DNA of 59,331 bases, filler included, from Rhizaria sp. SCN 62-66 (lineage: Eukaryota), in NCBI GenBank assembly GCA_001724265.1. It is 3 parts of 3 records of this genome, joined end to end, with 100 filler letters (N's around TTAATTAATTAA, not from the genome) between each part and the next. Parts side by side here need not be neighbours in the genome. Positions count along the whole stretch, not along the records: positions 39,856 to 59,331 come from MEDY01000463.1; 2 more parts are not named here. The stretch is one strand, 5' to 3'. This document shows positions 50,001 to 59,331 of the stretch, piece after piece. How positions within the stretch are numbered: the first letter of the stretch is position 1; each line of letters begins with the position of its first letter. Under the pieces are notes generated by a model that saw only the letters and a program-made list of their open reading frames with translations, had not been told where the DNA came from and did no database searches. The position numbers were made by a program, and so were the translations under genes.

Positions 50001-53000
50001 CCGGATGCCCACAGTGAACTCTCTGATGCAAGCGGAGACGCAAGGAACTGCCATAGCGCGCCAGGCTCAGCGGTGACAGTCGAGGAGTCCGTGTCGCTCA
50101 TGGATGACGACACGCTCCCACCTGTGGACGTGTTAGCGGCCACAGACCATTCCCACGAGACACCGGGCACAGCGGTTGTCGTTGACGAGCTGTCCGCCGG
50201 CAGCGCCGGGAGCGTGAAGAGCTGCTCTGCCGAGATAACATTCCGCAACACAGACTGAGAAAGCAATTGAGGCACAGGAGATGTCCCTGCAAACGCGCGC
50301 GGGGGAGATTCGTTTGTACTACCATTGCTGCTCAAATTGCTGCTATCGCCGCTGGTTTCACTTGTGGTCCCATATTCCGTCAGGGTGACCGTGCGAGGAA
50401 ACCAGTATGTCACAGCAAAGCGCCCGCCAAAGTCGAGTCGACGTAGCGCATCGGCAGTCGCAGATGGCAGTTTAGTGTAAGGTACATCTTCAGTCGGGAC
50501 CGCGTAAAAGGTGTGAAAGGGGTTGTGAGACTTTGCGTCATCAGTTATTTGCGTGAGTACACCTTTGCGGCCGCGATAAGGCAACGAGACATGACCTGTG
50601 TTCGGAGGCGCTCCGCGCAAATGCGGCAAAGCTGCGGTAGCCATGCGTGTGGTGTTCACTGTCGCGGAGGCAAACAAAGAAGCGTTGCGCGTGGTATCAT
50701 TGCGATTGGCCATCAAAGATTGCGTGGCTATCCCTGTTGAGGTTTGGAAAAACTGTGCTTCCTCGACTATGGCAATTTCCAGCGCGCTTGCCACGTCTAG
50801 CGCGCCATCTGGCAGGAATGGCAACAAACCGCGCGTGCCTGCAGGCGCTGAAGGAGCCATTTCGCGAACGAATACACGCACGTTAAGTGCCGGAGACGAC
50901 GCGGAAGGATCAAACCAGCTTGCGCGGTATTTAGACCCAGTCGTTGTGGTACTTACTCTTGTTCCAACCCGTGGACCCGTATTTGCTTTGGTACTCGCAG
51001 TGCTAACGTCACTGGCGCCCCAAATACGGGTCCAGAGCCCACGCGCAAGGGCGACGAACCCCGTATCAGCACTGTCATCGGCGGTGCTAGTATCAGCGCT
51101 TACGTCAACACTTTCATCGGTGTTCGCGGTTGCGTCAGCGGCCATGTTTTTCGAGCTGGTGCTGCTGCTGACGGTAGTGGTGCTGCGAGTATCTAATCCG
51201 TCGGACGAGTTGGAGATTGCAACAGTCGGAGCGGGCACAGTCGACGAGCCTGAAAAGTTGATCACAGACGAGATAATCTCAGTGACCAAGTCATCATCCG
51301 TAAATGCACCACCAGGTCCTGTGCCGACGCGGTCCTGACCGCCACCGAGCTTGATGTACCGACGCGCGGCAGCGAGTTGCGTGCGCACAAGCGTAATCTG
51401 ATCCGTCTTAAGAGCTGTGAGACTCGAAATGAACTCAGATCCACGGCCAGCCGCAGCGGCAGGGACGGGCGACGCAACCTGTGCAAGCACTACGTCAACG
51501 ACGGAGACATGGCGGCGGGCTAGGAAGCGGAACAACGAGTGCGGTAGCCACACCAGCGGCGCAGCCAGAGTATGAGGTGCCGCAGGGATATCGGTGCTTG
51601 TGGTCGTTGTCCACGTGGTTTTCGCGCGAGACGCAAATGTCTTAGATGCGGTCTTCTTGATCACGGGTTCAGTCTTCTTTGTCGCAGTCGCAGTCTGCGT
51701 CCTGGCTGTGCTTGCAGCTTTTGAGGTCATCCGAGACCGCGACGCAGCTGATTTCTTGCGAACGCGAAGAGCGTCAAACATTGGTTGCGCATCTTGAGAG
51801 TCCGTCTGAGAGTCGGCCACAGATGTGGTGGTCGTGCGCAGCGGCAACTGCACCGCTGCGTCGCGCATGCGCACAGGAGCCGCAATTCGAAGTGCACGTC
51901 CAGTGACAGTCTGCGCAGTAACATCAACACGCAACGAGCGCACAGCGAACCCACCCGCGGCGGCATTGCGCACGGGCTTTCCATCGTATGTGTAAGCCTC
52001 CGTCGATATGGGTTGGGGCTGGTCGAGAAGGTTTGTGTCCGGGTGCGAAGCATATCCGAGGGTCCAAAAGTCAGGTGCTTTGTCAGCCTCTGTCAGCGAG
52101 GCTACAGGATCAGCGGCGGATGCAAATGCAGGGTCAATCTCACATGTGACAACGGCACAGGTAATTTCACGCACAAGTGAAGGCGAAAGCCGGACAGAAG
52201 GTGCGCCGGTCTGAATAAGACCGCGGCCGAGTTGTACGCCAGCAGCAAGAACGGAATCAAGCACAGAGGTTGCTTCGAACGACGCTAGAAGCACTGCGCG
52301 CGCACCGGGAATTGCGCGCACAAGACCAAGCGCAGTCTTTGAAACAGTGTCACTGACTGTCGTAGTCGTGCGCGGACCGAGTGTGTTGACAGACTTCTGC
52401 TTTTGCTTCAACTGTGATAAACCGCTTGCCTTAGCGCTCGCAGCCATCGCAGAAAGCTTAGAAGCAGAGCTTGTTTTAGCACTAGCGGCAACAGAATCCG
52501 CTGCAATCTCAGCCTCAGACAGAAGATGACGAATACGGGCATCGTGCAACAGCTCCGTCACAACAGACTCCGTGGCGTAGTTGCTTGCCTCAAGCTGCAG
52601 TGTCACTGCACGTAGGACCAGCTCCAACACACGTGCCACTGCTGCAAACGTGTCTTCGACAATCAGACGTGAGCCACGGCCAATAACAGGTATGGCGTAT
52701 GATGAAAAGGAACCACCAAGCACACCACTGGTCTCATTGCCAGTGCGGCCCGCATCCCCTACCATGGCGGCATCAGTACGCAGACGCACATCTTGCCACT
52801 GATTCGCGGGCGGCGCGCCGGGCATTGGGCCACTTGAGGGATTATACGGCACGTCACCAACAACGAGCTGGAGCTGCCAGCGTAGCAAAGCTAACACGCG
52901 TGCACGCGCGGCAGGCAAGCGCAACAGTGTCGGTGTGACCGTCATAGTAATAAGGTGTAGCGCGGCGTGCGAAGAGAGACGCGTGGTCAAAACTGGCGTG

Positions 53001-56000
53001 GTCTGGTTTGAAGTTTCAACGGAAATTACAGTTCCGTTAAGGGCAATATCGTTAAGCGGCGAAGAGTGCGACAGTGGAATAGGAGTGTTCATGCGGATCG
53101 ACTGCTCGTCATGTGGCACGGCAGCGCGGGAAACTTCGCTGCGTTGACCAGGTGTTGCATCTTCGGTCGTCGCAAGTTGCGGTGCATGTTCAGCAAGGAG
53201 TGAAAGAAGCTTGAGTGCACGTCGTGTTGACGAGTCGTTGGCAATGTGCTCCGACACGGGCGCAACGTACTGCAACGCGTTAAGCGGTGCCACAAGCTCT
53301 GCGCCAGGGAGATACGGGACAATGTCGAACAAACGCCCAACAGCTGCCAGCGTTGCCGCCTCCGCCTCCCACGGCAGTGCAATCGGAAGTGAGGTCGGTG
53401 CGACTGTCCCATTACTATTGTGAGTAGAGATCCTATCAGAGTCGACAGCAGTAGTTTTAGCCTCGTTCTCAGCAGCCAGTGCAACAGCAACAAGATTAGC
53501 GCGCGCGGCGTAAATTGATGCCTCTGCGGTGGCAGCCAATGCCAGAGTCTGCATTTGCATGTCCGCGTTCTTCATTGCAGTCTTGGCAACAGTGGAGTAG
53601 GCCTCAGCTGCGGCTTCAGCGCGGTCAAGGATGCCACGCGCAACCGTGTAATGAGACGTGTTGGGTCCAGGTACAGGTGCAACAGCGGGGACAGGGACTG
53701 CGGGGAGTGTAATTGTCACTCGTTGCGATGACTTAGAGCCACTGCGCGAGTACACACTCACCATAACCTCAACAATGTCATTTTCGCCTGTCACCGTCCC
53801 GTCCGGAAGCGGCAGCCCTGGAGGCGGACGAGGAACCGAGACAACAAAGTATGGCAGCTGCTGCCAAGGTCCGCCCTCGAGCTCCAGTCCTTGAGCGGCC
53901 CAAGGTGAATTTGGCGCGCCTATAGGTCCCGGATTGATGTGCTGTGCAGCATAGGCAACTGCTTGCTCGAGAGTTGGACTGCGCGCAGTCCAGTGATACT
54001 CAAGAGGGTTCTCCTCAGCATCAAATGCCCCACCACCACACACAATCCCGACAACGGCGTGTAACGGCTCCACCAACGCAGTGATGTTACCCCACGGTGC
54101 AGAAATAAGACCACCCGTAAAAGGAATGATGTCTGCGTCGCGTTGGAGCGAAAGAGACTCGAGCGACAACTGCCGGCACGAGCCGTGCTTAGGCGCTGGA
54201 GGCAGTTGCACGCGCACCGCCGCCGAGTGTAGTGGACGCGCGAGTGCCACAGCGGCACGAAGAGCACTTGCCCACGCGTCGGTTGATACGAGTCCGCCGT
54301 CAACAGGACTAATCAGCGGAGTCAGAATTGCGACTGTAGCTTCCGCAGCTTCGCGCGCAAGCGTAGTGGGGCCTGGAGTTGAAGTTTGCGCAAGCTGCGA
54401 CGTGACGAGTGCGCCAAGAATATTAGAGACGACGTTTGTGACCGTAGTAAGATCAAAAGCAGCTGCCTCTAACACGTACGTCACACCGGGGAGCAATTGC
54501 GATGTGCGAAGAACAAGCGACTCGCCGTACGTCACGCTTGACAGGGCCAGCTCAGCTGATGCAGTCTTGCCAAAGAGTGGCGCCATTGCAGTGGGTAGCG
54601 CAACTTCGACTGCTGCAGCAAATGCAGCTGCGATCGTGCTATTGGCTACGCCTGCAGCCGCCGCAGCACTCTTCACCGACATCGTGGCCGCGGTGACGAT
54701 CGCCTGCCGCAGCCGAGTCAGCGCGAGCGGCGCGCCGGGCGCCATAACCTTAGCTGGGTCACCCAGAAAAAGCTCTGATGAGGCCAGCATGTCTGCACCT
54801 TTGATTGCTTCATCGGACTGATCACCAGAAGACTGCGAGTTACGTACCGCGGCGCGGCGTGTCGTAGATGGGGTGTCGTCCGCGGCGACGTTGGCTGTGA
54901 CCGTGCGCCAGCGGATAAAGAGGTTAGAGCGCACGCGCGCAACGTGATCGATGCTATTTGGGTCACAGTCCGCAGGCGCAGTGCTCTTTAGACACTCGAG
55001 AGCGCCCGCGTTGCTAACGTGAACATCGGCGTTGAGGTGCACACCTGCTCCGACACCGTTGGCGCTCGTGCGGGGACCTGTCGCAACTCGCGGCACAATG
55101 ACCACACGCAGCGCTGTGGCGATGCCAGCTGCGGCAGAGGCAGCGAGTACGGGTGCCCGCGGTGACGGTGCGTTATCACTGAGCGCAGCCGCAGCCTCTG
55201 CGCTGGGCGGAGGCACTGTGCGACGAAGTCGGAGCGTCACACTGGCGCGCTCTTGAGATGTCTGAACACGCGAAGCCCAAGAGGCTGCGCGAGGCGCAGA
55301 CACACTGTCGTCATTAACACCGACGCCCTCCTGGCCAGGCAAGTATGGCGCAGCTGTGAGCGTAAACGTGACCTCGACTGCAGTTGCGGTGGGTCCCATA
55401 AGAAGCGAAACAAGCTCTGGCGGAACGAACAGTTGCTCGTTAACGTCGCCTCGAACAGAAGTTGTACCGGAAGCGTATTTGGCTTCAAGGCGTGCTGCAA
55501 GTTCAATACCCGCGGTTGTGCCAAACAACGGAGAGGACACCGCAACTGGTTGAAAGCACGGCTAAGACGGGCCCAGCGGAGATGCACCACCACCCCAGTC
55601 GTACATTGGCGACCACTGCGCGCGTTGCAATGCGTCAGCCGGTGAGATACGAGCGTTGACGCCCAGACGGCGACGTACAGTGCAGTTCCAGCGGTACTCA
55701 ACAGCGAAGGGTCGCATAGTGGAGTTCAATGTACCATCAAGGTAAGTTGCATGTGCAGAGAGCCTGATGCCACTGGGCGCAGGAACAAAAAGCAGCGGCG
55801 TTGTAGGCGTAACAACGGTGATGCGCGGATGAATGGTGCCTGGCAGGACACGGACAGTGATGGTCTCAGTGGACGATAGCGAGGACGATGGCTGCGCATC
55901 GGATGTCAGCGGTGTTTGCGTTACAGTTGCGGAGAACGTGTACGTTGAGCCAGGCTGAAGTGAGCGTGGTGGCAACAACAGCATGCGTGCCATAGCGATA

Positions 56001-59000
56001 GCACTGCCGTCACGCAATACCTCAACAGTGGGACCAATATCAACGTTCCATCGGTGCGATAACGCATGTGTTTGTGCTGTCGCATTCAGTGAGAAGCGCG
56101 ACATAGCCATCAGCACGAGCGGTGTGTCAGCCAAGGCGTGAAGGTAACGCATACCCGTCGAAGTATCCAAGAGTACAGCGTCAAGGTTAGTGGACATCGG
56201 CGCACCAGCGGGCGCAAAGACTGAGGGGTCTGCTGCCGTGCTGCTGATGGAGGCCAGCGTTGCGCGTCCACCAAGCCCGGCTGCGGCGTACTCCGCGTCG
56301 CGCAGAGGAAGACTTTGCGAGATAATACTAATCTGTGGTGCAATGCGCGCAAGACGGACGAGGGGCATTGTGCACGACGAGCTCTGACCGAGCCAGTTGA
56401 TGATAACAAGCCGCACTTGGTGCGTCATGCCGGGCGGGAACAAGGCGTCAGCTGAGTCAGCATCGATGTACAGCGAAGGCAGCGGCGCGGGCGAAGATGT
56501 CGTCGTGAAAGGCACGCCGATACGCGTCGGCGTGTAGATGGAAGCGTACTCAGCAAACGCTGCGGTCAGAACACCTGTTGGATCACCACTTTGAGCAACA
56601 AGCTCAAAATTGTACTGCAGTAAACGGCCTGCACCACCACGGGAAAGACCACCGGCGATTGCGATGGGAGTCCCATAGCCAGACATCGTGGGGAATGTTA
56701 GCCGCGCCCTGACAGGTGACCAGCGAGAAAGGTCACGGCTGTGCTCGGGAAGCAGTCCGACACCCGGAGAACTCAGCGGCGCATTGTCCATCACAAGCTC
56801 AGGCATCTGTGTGTCAGCAAGCCGCGGCAGCGATGTGGGTGCGTCCGGGATAACGAGAATCAAAGGACCTAAAGCAGGAAACCCCGTCCAACTGCCATCC
56901 TCGCCATCACCAGTGTCGTCACCATCGTCATTAAAGTCAGATTCAGACGTCAGCGCAACAGCAACGCGTGGAATAATCAAACACGCAGGCGGGATAAAGT
57001 CAACACGCGGGTTCGCTGACAGAGGCTCGACTTCGCTTGCAGTGAGCCGCGCATCGCGCAGCCACGCATCAGCGGCCAACGCAGGCGGTTCCTGCGCCAC
57101 AGCAGCAAAGGAGGGCGTCTCGGCCTGGGTTGAACATACCGACTGCACCAGCTCCACGGGCCACGGGTAGCCGAGCGCAAAGGCTGCGGCCGCGGCAGGA
57201 CAACCACGCATGAGGTCCAGCGGCAGCCGGCGCGTGTCCATCGGGATGCGGTCCGCTTGTAGCGCGATTGTCGCCACAGCCCCGGGCTCCACGACAGACG
57301 AGCCAATAAGGGATGCCGGAGATAGTTTGTGGTTGACGCCGAGCGCAATGGTCAGTGTGTAGGCGCTGGACCAGTAGCACTTCGCATCCGTCCCACCAAT
57401 CGCGGCGAGTGACGCGGGCGCAATCAGAGCCTGACACGTCGCGTACGAAGACACTGCAGCAACGCTAGATGGCTCGAACGTGGAGCCTTCAACAATAGTG
57501 TAGGCCATCGCACGCGCCCGAGCCCGCGAGTTTGCCCGCTTTGTTGCGCCACCGATACGTTGAGCGATACCGCGACCACGTGGTGTTGCAGTGCCTGCGC
57601 GCGCCGCTGTTTTCCGAGGAGCAGTGACCTTGGCCTCAGCTGTGATGAAGGCGGTCTTGGGCTCAGACTGAGCGCTCAACTCCTCGTTTGTGTCACCATC
57701 AACTTCTGAGTTTGATGGGCTATTAACACCGGTGCCATCATCATCAGAGTCGTTTTCAACAGGCTCTTCGTCATCAATCGGGTCAGAGGTGTCGTTATCG
57801 TCGTCGTTGTCGAGGCTTCTCGCCTTGCCGCTGGTAGTGTCACTATCAGTGCTATTGGTGCCAGTGCTGTTGCTGCTGTCAGAAGTCGGGAGCGGCTCAA
57901 ACTCAGAGCTAGTGCGGGGAACTTCGCCCGCAGGCTGCTGTGCAAAGTCAGAGAAAGCGCTATCAGGCATGAACGCCGGCGCCGACGACCATGCCATGTT
58001 TATCGGAGGGACGGATGCGGCAGGCATGGTTGTGGGATGCGAGAATGTCGCTCGTGCGGTGAGCAAGTATGGATCAAAATCAAGCCGCATCGCGCGCAGC
58101 TTTCCGACACATACAACCTGCGAGCCGCTCCAGCGGCCATCCGAACCACAGACGCGACTCACTGTGGTCTTGTTGGCATCAGGGAAAGCGGGAAACTCCG
58201 TCCGCGCAGCGCGCACGCCGCGTGGAGGCAGTAGAGGCGTATAGCCTTCCTCACAACCGAGCTCAGCAACAGTGCCGACAGCGTAGCGCTCGTCGGCCGA
58301 AGACGGATCAAACGCACCCGGGCTTTGAGTGTAAACGGGCTTGATACCCCACGCCGGCAACAGCGAGTCGAGCGACGAGCACGACGCAGGCACACAGCGA
58401 ATCGCGGAAGCTACGGGCACAGACCACGCGCCTGTCGGAAGACATTCGAGCACGGACAACATCGATGCATCAGCTGCCGCAGCTGCGTTTACGGCACCAC
58501 GCAGCCGGAGTGCAGATAACCGAGCGCGCGTGTCGGGGCCCAACGACGAAAATGAAAACCCGGCGGTCGTGTCCGCAGCATTGGCTGTTGAGAACACAGG
58601 CAGTGTCGACTCCTCCAGCCACGCGCGCGCCGAGTACACCGACGCGGCGACGTTGGGGTCGGCCTGCAGTGCAGCTTTGGTGAGCTTTTCTGTCGGAATA
58701 TCCATCAGTTCGCCCAGCACAGCAGGGTCGTATCCAGGAACAAAGCCCGTGGGGCAGCTGGCGAGTCCAAGAGTGCCAATGCTGTACCCCGTCGTATGCG
58801 GGACCATGGGCGCAGTGTACGTGCGGACCACAAGGTCGTAGGCCAAGTCGGGAGCTGGAGAATCACCGCCGTCAGAGACCGCGACCGGGATGGATGACGA
58901 CGTGGGGACTGCCAAAGTCAGCGAGGCGCCTGGAGTGGACTGCAAAAGGCCGGTTAGCAGCGGACACTGGACGGGGTAACACGTCCATACAGTGCTCCAG

Positions 59001-59254
59001 TCAACTGTTGCCATGGCGCCCGTCGCAGGTGTTGTATCATCCACTGGCGGGGGCACCGTGGGCACTGTGACGTTGGCGGCAGCCATTGCGCGGACAGTTG
59101 CAGACGTCGGACCCCACCCCACTCCTGTCGTGCTGCCGCAGTACAGCTCCACGCCGCGCGGCATCGTCACCGAGATGTGGGACGCAGCACTGGGGTCTGA
59201 TGCATTTCTTGGTCCACTATTAACTGAGGACAGATAACCCCTATGTAGCGTCAA
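41018..59254 (-). CDS. Giant polycystin-1/REJ-like membrane receptor with N-terminal Sushi (CCP) modules, >=6078 aa, 5' probably incomplete, one in-frame TAG at 55562-55564
   Basis: Sushi-like module: C..GTVAELGCEEGY..RVCGSDGRWSGSQVVC. REJ/PKD-like strands: LQPGSTYTFSATV, YRWNC..PCF, LLPGVTYVLEA, PPAPKHGSC..PLEYHW. TM segments and polycystin-type motifs: HSLMSVFTRDYTDTYTSAERVLVL..ALWF and VVIAMVVLEPI. ORFs 55562-59254 and 41018-55540 are in frame across one TAG. Stop is TGA. Confidence 0.8.
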
Positions 59255-59331
59255 CTAAAAAACGCGATTTCGCGCTTTTTTTGCGACTTTGGCGCACTTT
59301 CGTAGAAGTTATCAAACTACGTGGTTTATTT

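Noticed and set aside
7841-55564. Pseudogenes, pyrrolysine or tiny introns as the explanation for in-frame TAGs
   Set aside because: Each gene has exactly one internal interruption, always TAG, with no frameshifts over thousands of codons. Pyrrolysine is not known in eukaryotes. No GTACG donor gives a frame-preserving intron. RNA editing and sequencing error cannot be excluded without reads.
6858-58841. Hundreds of overlapping antisense and alternate-frame ORFs in the ORF track (e.g. 10728-11780, 14427-16301, 35148-36986)
   Set aside because: These are shadow ORFs expected from very high GC content and trinucleotide repeats in the real genes. Their translations are Arg/Pro/Gly-rich with no motifs.
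59255-59257. Fifth in-frame TAG upstream of the polycystin-like ORF
   Set aside because: It follows a T run and non-coding-looking sequence, so it is more likely a 3' splice acceptor or a repeat boundary. I did not count it as evidence.

Overview
Eukaryotic nuclear DNA from a GC-rich, probably flagellated protist. The window is three unrelated ~20 kb contigs joined by artificial 100-bp linkers (N44-TTAATTAATTAA-N44 at 19875-19974 and 39756-39855). I could reconstruct 14 protein-coding genes. Recognisable ones are squalene synthase, B9D1, a DASH/Dam1-complex Dad2-like protein, a PP2C phosphatase with a very long tail, a BEACH-protein N-terminus, two tandem TRIM37-like RING paralogs, RPL10A and a >6,000-aa Sushi/REJ polycystin-1-like receptor. 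The rest are Ala-rich unknowns and two small secreted proteins, one of which is absent from the ORF track. Main finding: in-frame TAG codons occur inside four genes across all three contigs (7841, 24106, 35646, 55562), while the other eleven gene ends use only TAA or TGA. This points to a nuclear code in which UAG alone is a sense codon (most likely Gln) and UAA remains a stop. Second finding: all 14 introns I could define start with GTACG(T/C) rather than the usual GTRAGT. All family assignments come from motif recognition by eye, not database searches.
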